From contig JBLWGC010000173.1 of assembly GCA_048772705.1 (NCBI GenBank), forward strand, positions 231,371-295,370: a DNA stretch of 64,000 nt, written 5' to 3'. The stretch is from Leidyana gryllorum EB-2025a. Its lineage: Eukaryota; Protista; Apicomplexa. The translations under genes and the position numbers were made by a program. A model generated the notes under the pieces. That model had not been told where the DNA came from, did no database searches, and saw only the letters and a program-made list of their open reading frames with translations. Within the stretch, counting starts at the first letter, position 1. Every line of letters begins with the position of its first letter. Below, piece by piece: positions 11,572 to 20,994 of the stretch.

Positions 11572-12810
11572 CTAGGCCAGACCAGCTCGTCTCATCGCCT
11601 GTAGCATACATTCGCCAATCTCAGCTGGACTACGAGCCACCACAGCACCTGCGGCCTCCATGGCCTTAATCTTGCCAGCTGCAGTGCCCCGGTTGCCCGA
11701 CACAATAGCGCCAGCGTGACCTGAGAGGGTGTACCACGAATTTAGACCTGAAACCCTCACCCATACGGCGGCCCGGAGGAGCAGAACTGCCAGCAATGAA
11801 GGAAACCACGGGTTTCTTGCCTCGGTTGTATTCTGCGCATCGGGATATCAGGGAGGTAATGTGATGGAGTAGACATACCCTTCAACCACTCGGCAGCTTC
11901 TTCTTCTCCTTCGCCGCCGATCTCGCCAATGAGAATGATGCCTAAAGTCGTTCGGATTAATGGGCTTCGGCAGTATGAGCGAGCGCACCTTTAGTTTCAT
12001 CATCTTCCATGAAGTTCTTGAGCACGTCAATGAAAGTTGTACCATTGAAGGGGTCACCGCCGATTCCCACAACAGTGCTTTGTCCCAGACCTCGCTGTGT
12101 ACAATCAGTTATTTGAGTTAGTTGGACGCTTATGGAGCGCCTTACGGATGAAGTTTGAGCGACCGCCTCGTAAGTTAGAGTACCAGAGCGACTGACAATG
12201 CCAATAGGGCCCTGTTTGTGGATATGTCCGGGCATGATACCGATCTTGCATTCGTCCGGCTTGATGACACCAGGACAGTTGGGACCAATTAAGGTGGTCT
12301 TTGACTGTTGACTGAGAATCCGCTTAACTCGGACCATATCCAATGCGGGAATGCCCTCTGTGATACACACAACGAGAGGCAGTTCAGCTTCCACACACTC
12401 AAGGATTGATTTGCTAGCAAAAGGGGGTGGAACAAAGATCATTGAGGCTTCGCAACCAGTTTCGCGCATAGCCTGGCAACACTTGCATTTGTTCGCCGCG
12501 CCCACTCTTACCTCCTGTACATTCTTGAAAACCGGCAAGGAGTCTTTTCCATTCGGTGATCTCCACAGGGAACCAGCTTTGGCAGGGTTGACTCCGCCCA
12601 CCATTTTGGTGCCGTAACTCAAGCAACCGTCAGTGTGGTAGGAGCCCTAACAGCGACCATTACGGAAAGGGCCCCGAACGGACTTACATGTTTGCCCGTG
12701 ATTCCTTGACAAATGACTTTAGTATTCTTGTCTACATACACCTTCATTTCACGTTGAGCCACAGCGGCCTTGAAAGGAGTTGAAAGGGCATTGCTGTACC
12801 GAGAGAGCAT
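11572..12810 (-). CDS. SUCLG1: Succinyl-CoA ligase alpha subunit, mitochondrial (multi-exon)
   Basis: Motifs [44 protein letters not shown] and GIGGDPFNG. The phospho-His motif PPGRRM|GHAGA is restored across an intron. The N-terminal extension looks like a transit peptide. Confidence 0.97.
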
Positions 12811-12813
12811 AGT

Positions 12814-13812
12814 TCAAAAGTCTTTGAGGGGAGTGGTGGGCTCGAAAATAAGAACCCGAGAAAACAGTACCTGTGCTTCGCGACTATGTCCCGAATAAGG
12901 AGCCGCCGTATCCGCACAAGAGTCATCTTCAGTCTGTAACTCTGTTGTTTCATTATCGTTGTTGTCTGAGGGATCTGGATCCTCTGGCGATCGAAGTGTG
13001 TCGGGCGACTCTGTCCACCGTTGTAACACGTGATTGATGGCAAAGCATTCACGCACTTGCCAAGCTAGGCGAAAATGAACAGCTAGTCGCGGTACCTCAA
13101 GTGGTGCGTGCTTTTGAGCTCGGAGTCGGCGAGCTGACGGTCTGAAAAATGGATATTCCTTCGATCTACCACTCTCACTATGTAACTCACATCATCACGT
13201 TTTCACAATCTGTATAAGGCACACTTTGCTCGTCACAGTATGCCTTGATGAGCTGAGTGCATTCATTCGCAGTATTTGGCCGACATATCAGAGTGATCTC
13301 CTTTTCTTTGTTCCGAGGGCCCTGCGCAGGCTGCTCAAACCATTCTTTTTCGTCCCACAATGTGCTCCGGAGGATCAATGTCAAGTTGGAACGTGGGTCG
13401 GCCGCTAGAGCTGTCATGTAAGAGAGGAAAGCGAACGCTTGGTAGCACACCAAAGACCCAACTTCATCTATGCACAAAAGGCTGCACAACTGGAAACACG
13501 GCGAGACACACAGTACTTACATATGTGGACATCCGGGCGTCCTGTCGGTTCCCAGAAGCGAGTGGACGGTACTGATCATGGTATGAACGGAAACATTGGC
13601 ATCGGAGAATATCTGCTCAAACCCTATCGAATAAACAACCGCCATTCCAGCCAACGTCCTACCTGAGCATAAATGCATTCGTACAGAGAGTAAACTGACT
13701 CATTGGAGTATACCACTTTGGCCGACACACACACTGGTAACAGATGATGATTGAGACGCTGATGAAGATATTTGGTCAGACTGTCAAGACACAGGTTCTG
13801 AGATGACGTCAT
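12814..13812 (-). CDS. Hypothetical protein (about 4 exons)
   Basis: ORF pieces 13624-13815, 13187-13489 and 12814-13056 can be joined by GT-AG introns near 13660-13625, 13520-13480 and 13190-13142. No family recognised. Confidence 0.5.
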
Positions 13813-13914
13813 CACTCTACTGTCAACATTTTACCTACTAAAGGGCTAACGGCAAGTCGATTGCATGAAAAACCCTGATAAGTCTCGTATTTCCGCACAC
13901 GAGCATGCGCTAGA

Positions 13915-16148
13915 ATGTTGCACCTGGGAGATGCCTTCGGATTCTCGGATCTTCGAAATGAAGGGGATAGTCCGGCTATCGACTTGCGCTGCCCTTACCC
14001 CACCCTTGTAGACCTTCGTCACCCCTCACTCCAATTCCGACCTGTTGACATAGCTGCCACTGTTCGTGCAACCGCTGTGAGTTTGTGTGTGTCCGTCTCA
14101 TATCAGATCCGTTTGCTTCAGAATGAGATCTATCAGGTCTTCGAGCGTCATCTTCGCAATCCCTCTACACTATCTGTTGTACAAAAGTGTATTGCAGTGG
14201 TCATGCCAGATCGATGTGATATGATCTTCACCATGTTGGCTATCGCAGGACTGAGTGATATCGCTTGTCCTCTGGACGTGCATCTCAGTGCATATGAATA
14301 CAAGTATCTGATGTCTCATATGCGTTGTACTCTGCTTATCGTCGGTTCTGAGGGATCAGTGGGAGCCGAACGTGCGGCAAAACAGCTCGGCATCCCATGT
14401 GCGCGCTTCAGATGGCACCATCCGGCGGCTATGGGAGGCGAACCAAAACTGCCGCAGCCCACATTGTCCATTGACGGAGCCCACTCCGACGGCCCAGCAC
14501 CCAATCATCCAGATTTAGTCATTAGTCCTAAGGAGTTTGAGGTTTGCTGCAAGTACTACACAGCGGGATACACTGGGAAGCCAAAATTAGTCGCACTGAC
14601 GCACCGCAATGTGGTTCTTTCTCTCGCCAACATGCAGAAGACGTATGCTTGGAGTAGCTACACGGGCGAGAACTGTGACATTGACGATCTGGACGCCGGA
14701 TTGTCCATCACCCCGTTATCACTGATGCACGGGTTGATTGCTGGCTGCTTGAGTCCATTGGCCGCGCAAACCCGGGTGATCATTCCTGCAGACGGCTTCC
14801 GGCCGGATAAAGTGTGGGATGAAGTTGTTGCCAACAACATCACTTGGCTCAGCATGACTCCGACAATGCTGAAAACCCTTTTAGATGCACCCCCCACCGA
14901 GAATTCGGCCGCGCCCTCTCCTGGGCAGTCCCCCGTGACCATTAGTGTCGCAGGAGAGTCCGAATCGCAAGCCGGAGGCACCGAAGACGCTAAGAGTACA
15001 GATGCGAAATCTATCTTTATCACCCCTCACACAGTCCTCCCCAAACACCGGCTCAAGTTTATCCGTGTCACGTCACAACCGTTGGACTCCAGCACAATTG
15101 ACTTGGCAGCAACAGTATTCAACACTGTCATCCTTCAAGCCTACTGTCTCACCGAGGCGGCACATCAGGTCTGCTCCAACGGCTATCCCACTCTCCTCAC
15201 TCGGAAAGCCGATTCGGTGGGCAAGCCCACAGGTACTGAGGTCTGTGTTTTGGACGCCAATCATAATGTATGCCCAATTGATGTGGCTGGAGAAATATGG
15301 ATCCGAGGTTACAATGTCATTGAGCAGTATGAGGATCTGAGGCCCGGAGATGACACCAAAGAATTCATATCCCACAATCACATCAACTGGAAAGCGTGCG
15401 GAGACAAACAGCCCTCATATTGTTCAGCGGCCTTCGACCTTGCCTTGGGGGTCCACAGATCTTTTAGCAGCAGTTTGACAAATATCAACCCAGCCACCAT
15501 CCCCCAGGCGGGACGGATGTCGCGACATCGGATATCTGTGGATGATCTCCCCCCGGAACTCCGACCCCCGGCCGATAAGGCACCTCGCACTCGCTCTTCC
15601 AACACCACGCGGGGACTATTGCGATTCGCCAGCGCGTTAGAACCGTATGTCGATAGCGACTTCCCTCACAGGACTGAGCCCCTAATCTCCCCCCTTCCTC
15701 TCCAAATCGAGTGGTTCCGAACTGGCGACACGGGACGGATGGATAGTGAAGGATATCTGTTCGTCATAGGGAGAAACACTGAGGTGATCAACAGGTGAGA
15801 TCTGTGATGTTGAAAGAACAATCCGAAACTTAATGTCTCAGAGGTGGAGCCAAAGTTTCACCCCACGAAATAGAGCAGGTGTTCAATGACTTCCCAGAGA
15901 TCAAAGAATGCGCAGCATTCGGTGTCCAAGACAAGAGAATGGGCGAGGAAATTCATTTAGCCGTCGTCCTGGAGGAGGGGAAAGAGTTGAACAGCGAGAT
16001 CACGCGTTTGTGGTGTGAGCGATCACGGGACCGTCTTGCCTTCTACAAGGTTCCCACGGACATTCATGCCGTGAAAGCTTTACCACGAGACACTGCCGGA
16101 AGAATACATCGAGAAACGCTGCAACATCAAGTGCTCCCGCATTTTTGA
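13915..16148 (+). CDS. AMP-dependent acyl-CoA synthetase, oxalate-CoA ligase (AAE3/Pcs60)-like, with divergent motifs
   Basis: Motifs YTAGYTGKPKLVALTHRN, AYCLTEAAHQ, SVGKP, GEIWIRG, WFRTGD and INR|GGAKVSPHEIE (across an intron at about 15794-15842), then LAFYKVP. Confidence 0.85.
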
Positions 16149-16976
16149 GCCCGATTCTCATCATTGGGTGTCCAATCCCACAATCTTCTCAAAGGCAGTT
16201 TCTCATCATCAGTCCTCGTGAGAAGCGGTTCAACAGCTGCATAGACCTTTCGCTCAATCTCTGCAATACTTCCGCTGGCATCAATCACAACCCATCGAGC
16301 CACATCGCCAGTTGCTTCACGGAGCTCATGTTGAAGCGCTTCAAACGTGTCTTGGACTTTGTTTTGAATCTCTGCCTTTTCGTATACCTCTGCGAACCCA
16401 TCACCATTTTATCAACCGTTGAGCACAAACGTTACCTCCTCCACCCTCTGTAGTTTCAGAACGGTGCAGCATCTGTTGGGGATCACCCTTTAGCTGAATG
16501 ATAATGTCCGGCGCTGTCAGCCCGTCATCCGGCTTCGCACACCAGTCTTTGTCGAAACCCTGGACCACCTCTGTGTTGACTTATCAGGAGGCAAGCCGGG
16601 CTCACCAGTGCAGCACGCGAATAAACAACACCACTTATCGCGAATCGATCGCACACCACGTGTGTTCCGCTGAGCAGCAGATTCCGGATTCGTTCATTCC
16701 ATTCCCAGCGGTTGGCAGAGAAGAGCAGATGGGCGGCATGAGTATCACAACCCCCTTCTTGCTTCAAATATGCATCCAATTGACGTCCGATGACAGTAGT
16801 TCGGTCTACAGATTCGTGCCGAATCACACCACACACATGTTCAATTTACCAGGAAATCTAATATGTTTGACTAGATTTTGCTGATCCTCAAGCTTTGCAG
16901 CTAAGATTTTGCTTTGAGTGGTCTTGCCACATCGGTCAATACCCTCAAAAAGGATGAATAGCCCTCTCTTGGTCAT
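16127..16976 (-). CDS. DTYMK: Thymidylate (dTMP) kinase, eukaryotic type, multi-exon
   Basis: Manual translation from ATG 16976 gives MTKRGLFILFEGIDRCGKTTQ. Also HLLFSANRWE, VVCDRFAISGVVYS, WCAKPDDGLTAPD and VYEKAEIQ. The last exon ends …LRRLWDWTPNDENRAQKCGST* (TGA 16129-16127). Confidence 0.95.
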
Positions 16977-17011
16977 AACGGGTCACTTTTTTTTTTCTGT
17001 CATTGTGCAGG
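16977..17011. promoter_or_regulatory. 35-bp divergent spacer between dTMP kinase and guaB with a T10 tract; candidate bidirectional promoter core or splice acceptor
   Basis: aacgggtcacTTTTTTTTTTctgtcattgtgcagg lies between the two ATGs. Confidence 0.5.
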
Positions 17012-18586
17012 ATGGAAGGCCGGTTGGTGGAAGAGGGATTGACATTCGATGATGTGCTCATGGTTCCGGCCTACTCGGAAGTGCTTCCGAGCGACGCGGA
17101 CTTGAGCACTCATTTGACAGCCCAAATCCACCTGAAAGCCCCAATCCTGTCTGCGGCCATGGATACCGTCACTGAACACGCGATGGCAATCGCTATCGCC
17201 AAAGAAGGAGGTCTCGGTTTCATTCACAAGAACATGAGCATTGCAGAGCAAGCCGCAGAAGTACGGAAAGTGAAGAGGTACGAGGCTGGAGTCGTTTCGG
17301 ACCCCGTTCGCATTCCTCCGACTATGATGCTTGGTGACATTAGGAAGCTAGCAGAGCACCACGGGTTCTCGAGCTTCCCTGTGGTCGACCCCTCTACCCG
17401 CAAGGTGTTGGGAATCGTCACAGGCCGAGACATTAAGTACGAAAGCAATGATACTTTACGGGCTGAAGACATCATGACTGGCGGCGACCGTTTGGTCACA
17501 GTGAAACGTTCTTCAACTCGTCCGTCTACTGCGGCGGCTTTGACCAGCGGGCGTCGCGAGTCTGCTCCCGAAGTAACGCACAATGATTCCCCCATGTCGC
17601 CCACCATCGCCCTGAGCCGTGGCGAGGTGAAGGCCATCATGGCACGCAATCGCGTGGAGAAGATTGTAGTGGTGGATGAAGAGAACCGATTGGAGGGTTT
17701 GATTACCCACCAAGATTTCATTAAGGCTGAGAGTGAGCCCAATGCTTGTCGCGACGCAGAAGGTTGCCTCCGCGTGGGTGCCGCCGTAGGCTGTGGCCCG
17801 GACACGTTGGAGCGTGTTTCTGCTTTGGTGGAGGCGCGAGTGGATGTGATTGTTGTGGACAGCTCGCATGGGCATTCCCAGGGCGTTTTGAATACCGTCC
17901 GGAAAGTGCGTCAAGCATTCCCAGATCTGCCGATCATTGGAGGCAACGTGTGCACAGCCGAAGGAGCTCGTGCTTTGGTGGAAGCTGGTGCTGACGGCGT
18001 GAAGGTCGGGATCGGCCCGGGCTCAATTTGCACAACTCGCGTGGTGACGGGTTGCGGTTATCCGCAGCTGAGCGCGATAGTTAATGCCCGAACGGGTGTT
18101 GAAGGGCAATTCGGAAGACGTATCCCTATAATAGCGGATGGAGGTCTACGGTACAGTGGTGACATTGCAAAGGCTTTGGCAGCCGGTGCGGACTGCGTGA
18201 TGATGGGGTCCATGCTGGCCGGGACTGAGGAAGCTCCTGGCGTTACTGAGCTCTTTGAAGGCCGGGCTTACAAGAGCTACCGTGGTATGGGTTCGGCGGC
18301 TGCAATGGCCAAAGGATCTGCGGACCGGTACTTCCAGAGTGGCAAGAAGAAGTTCGTCCCAGAAGGAGTTGAGGGGCGTGTAGCGTACAAGGGTCTGGTA
18401 AAAGAGACCGTCAGTATGCAGTTGGGAGGAGTTCGGGCTTGTATGGGTCTGACTGGTTGCAGGACGATCGAAGACTTGCATGAAAAAGTCAAGTTCGTGA
18501 AAGTAAGCACTAATGGTGTGCTGGAGTCGCACCCTCACAACATTATTATGACCAAGGAGCCCCCTAATTACAGTCGCCGCACTTGA
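17012..18586 (+). CDS. guaB: IMP dehydrogenase, bacterial (gammaproteobacterial-like), intronless, with CBS pair
   Basis: Motifs [32 protein letters not shown], catalytic [39 protein letters not shown] and ESHPHN. The first ATG is at 17012. Confidence 0.98.
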   Translation: MEGRLVEEGLTFDDVLMVPAYSEVLPSDADLSTHLTAQIHLKAPILSAAMDTVTEHAMAIAIAKEGGLGFIHKNMSIAEQAAEVRKVKRYEAGVVSDPVRIPPTMMLGDIRKLAEHHGFSSFPVVDPSTRKVLGIVTGRDIKYESNDTLRAEDIMTGGDRLVTVKRSSTRPSTAAALTSGRRESAPEVTHNDSPMSPTIALSRGEVKAIMARNRVEKIVVVDEENRLEGLITHQDFIKAESEPNACRDAEGCLRVGAAVGCGPDTLERVSALVEARVDVIVVDSSHGHSQGVLNTVRKVRQAFPDLPIIGGNVCTAEGARALVEAGADGVKVGIGPGSICTTRVVTGCGYPQLSAIVNARTGVEGQFGRRIPIIADGGLRYSGDIAKALAAGADCVMMGSMLAGTEEAPGVTELFEGRAYKSYRGMGSAAAMAKGSADRYFQSGKKKFVPEGVEGRVAYKGLVKETVSMQLGGVRACMGLTGCRTIEDLHEKVKFVKVSTNGVLESHPHNIIMTKEPPNYSRRT

Positions 18587-18625
18587 GCCGTTTTTGGTTG
18601 ATAGAAAATTTATTATATCTAAACA

Positions 18626-20251
18626 ATGGCGCAGTTGGTAGTGGTGGATTTTGGTAGCCAGTTCACTCAACTGATTGCAAGGCGTGTGCGTGAAAGTGGC
18701 GTCTATTGCGAAATCTTGCCGCACACCATCACTGCTGACGAGATCAAACAGAAGTATAACCCGAAAGGAGTGATATTGTCCGGAAGTCCAGAGAGCACAC
18801 TAGATGTCAATAGTGCGCGAGCAGATCAGGCCATCTTCCAGATGGGGCTACCGGTGATGGGTCTTTGCTACGGTATGCAGCTCATGGCCCATCAGCTGGA
18901 GGGTACTGGTGCCGTCCAGGCCTGTGGCCACAAAGAATTCGGTCAAGCTGAGGTCTTTGTGGATCTGAAGAGGGCTCCGATATTCCAGCGGGTAGAACAC
19001 GGAGATGGGGAGGCACGTGACTTGCCCCTCTTCCAGAACTTCCACAACTTTGAGAAAGTTGATATGCTGCAATTGCTCATGAGCCATGGTGACCAGGTGG
19101 TCCAGGTCCCCGACGGGTTCCAGGTCATCGCCTCGACACTCAATTGCCGAATTGCCGGCATGGCAGACAACCAGCGCCACTTCTATGGCCTCCAATTCCA
19201 CCCTGAAACGGAAGAATCAGTACAAGGCAGAGCAATACTCGCAGCCTTTGCACTCGATATCTGCAAATGTCAAGTAGACTGGACTATGGAAGAAGTCAAA
19301 CTCAGATTACTCAAGTCGATCAAAGATACCGTAGATCAGGAAGCTAACGGAGGGGACGTCCTTCTGGCTTTGTCTGGTGGGGTCGACTCTTCCGTTGTCG
19401 CCTGCCTCCTCCACGAGGCTCTCGGCCCTCGAGTCCATTGTGTTATGGTGGACAATGGTCTCCTCCGTCTCGACGAAGGAGCGCGAGTACTCGCTGCCTT
19501 CATGAAGCATCACCCCACCTTCAAGTTGGATCTCGTCGACGCCTCTGTTTTGTTTTACGAGCGACTCGAGGGTGTCACTGACCCCGAAACCAAACGCAAG
19601 ATCATTGGCAATCTGTTCATTGAGGTCTTCGATGCGGAAGTCAAAAAGAAATACCCCAATGTCACCATGCTAGCTCAAGGAACCATCTACCCCGATGTCA
19701 TCGAAAGCGCCAGAGCTGGCACAGCTTCCGCACTCATCAAAACGCATCACAACGTTGGAGGACTCCCAGAAAAGATGAATCTTAAGCTACTCGAACCCAT
19801 CCGCTACCTGTTCAAGGACGAAGTCCGAAAAGTCGGAGAACTCATGGGACTCCCCCACGAGTTTGTCTGGAGACATCCCTTCCCCGGCCCCGGACTGGGT
19901 GTCCGCATAATCGGAGAAATCAACAAACAACGTGCTGATAAACTCCGTCTCGCAGACGACATATTCATCCAGGAGCTTCGCAAGCATGATCACTACTACG
20001 AGTGCTCCCAAGCCTTCGCTGTCTTGCTCCCATGCAAATCTGTCGCTGTCAAAGGCGATGCCCGCACCTACGAAGAGGTCCTGGTCATCAGAGCCATCAC
20101 CACTGTCGACTTCATGACAGCGCGCGTCTCCGACTTATCCCCAACCTTCCTCAGACATGTTTCTCAGCGAATCACAAACGAAGTTCACGGCATCTCCCGC
20201 GTCTGTTTCGACTATACCGATAAGCCTCCGGGAACCATCGAGTGGGAGTAG
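18626..20251 (+). CDS. guaA: GMP synthase (glutamine-hydrolysing), bacterial type, intronless
   Basis: Motifs DFGSQFTQLIARRVRE, GLCYGMQ, MSHGD, QFHPE, SGGVDS, QGTIYPDVIES, IKTHHNVGGLP, RHPFPGPGLG and KPPGTIEWE*. Confidence 0.98.
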   Translation: MAQLVVVDFGSQFTQLIARRVRESGVYCEILPHTITADEIKQKYNPKGVILSGSPESTLDVNSARADQAIFQMGLPVMGLCYGMQLMAHQLEGTGAVQACGHKEFGQAEVFVDLKRAPIFQRVEHGDGEARDLPLFQNFHNFEKVDMLQLLMSHGDQVVQVPDGFQVIASTLNCRIAGMADNQRHFYGLQFHPETEESVQGRAILAAFALDICKCQVDWTMEEVKLRLLKSIKDTVDQEANGGDVLLALSGGVDSSVVACLLHEALGPRVHCVMVDNGLLRLDEGARVLAAFMKHHPTFKLDLVDASVLFYERLEGVTDPETKRKIIGNLFIEVFDAEVKKKYPNVTMLAQGTIYPDVIESARAGTASALIKTHHNVGGLPEKMNLKLLEPIRYLFKDEVRKVGELMGLPHEFVWRHPFPGPGLGVRIIGEINKQRADKLRLADDIFIQELRKHDHYYECSQAFAVLLPCKSVAVKGDARTYEEVLVIRAITTVDFMTARVSDLSPTFLRHVSQRITNEVHGISRVCFDYTDKPPGTIEWE

Positions 20252-20958
20252 ATCAGCTTTTGGCCGTAGAAACAGTCTTGTATGTTGCTAGGAAGTATCA
20301 ACTCTTCCACCTCCAACGACCGATCCAAATACACTGTTGAATCCTCACATGTGGTCATCCGAGGATCATTAGCCACCAGAACCATTCTAGCGTTGTCTTT
20401 GACGGCTCGGTAAAGCGCAACCGTTATTTTACGTGGAGTATGTACCGCCACCACGTACTTTGCACACACGTGTGGGACTGTTGAGTGTAGATACGAAAGG
20501 TCAACGTGATCATCATCCCTTGCTGCATCCGACACGAACTGTGGCTTGATGATCTTGATGGGCTGCGGGTAGACACGCTGTAGGGCAGCAGAGTCTAGGT
20601 CTGAGAAATGTGGCTCCACCACACACAGGGTCGTGTGGGTGAACAGCTTGCCCACTGCGACTGTATAGGCAGTCTGCACAATGCTCTCACGGTGGTAAGA
20701 TGGAGATCCCACACCAACCAGAAAGAGATCAATGGGGACGGAGTCATCAAACAGGCGTTTGACAACCGAGCAATGGGCATCCCACTGCTCATGACCCAGA
20801 ATAAGGTTGATTTGAGTTGTCAGGGCTCCCACGAGTGAGTCAATGCCCGTGTGTAGAGGGGGAAATTGACTGGGAGAGGAGGTGGGTTGCTTGGTATGGG
20901 TGTTGCGGCCCCGTCGCCTGTTTACAAGCGTCCATTCCTCGTCACCATCTGAGCCCAT
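20212..20958 (-). CDS. SRR1/BER1-like domain protein
   Basis: Ordered motifs LVGVGS…QTAY, EPHFSDLD, VAVHTP…LY and LVAND resemble the SRR1 family pattern (GLG…QLA, DPxFS, xPHC, IGNS). Starts with an EEWTLVxRRR N-terminus. Confidence 0.7.
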   Translation of the reverse strand: MGSDGDEEWTLVNRRRGRNTHTKQPTSSPSQFPPLHTGIDSLVGALTTQINLILGHEQWDAHCSVVKRLFDDSVPIDLFLVGVGSPSYHRESIVQTAYTVAVGKLFTHTTLCVVEPHFSDLDSAALQRVYPQPIKIIKPQFVSDAARDDDHVDLSYLHSTVPHVCAKYVVAVHTPRKITVALYRAVKDNARMVLVANDPRMTTCEDSTVYLDRSLEVEELILPSNIQDCFYGQKLIYSHSMVPGGLSV

Positions 20959-20994
20959 TCCCGCATGTGTGTAAGTCTGACTTTTTTTGGAAGC

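Noticed and set aside
4975-11604. Many long plus-strand ORFs (Gly/Phe-rich)
   Set aside because: These are antisense shadows of the Pro/Lys/Ser-rich minus-strand ORF, whose codons seldom create reverse-strand stops.
17012-20251. Bacterial contaminant or chimeric contig as the source of guaBA
   Set aside because: guaA overlaps a host CDS, guaB lies 35 bp from an intron-containing gene, there is no Shine-Dalgarno, and guaB has a eukaryote-like insertion. Read-level confirmation is still needed.
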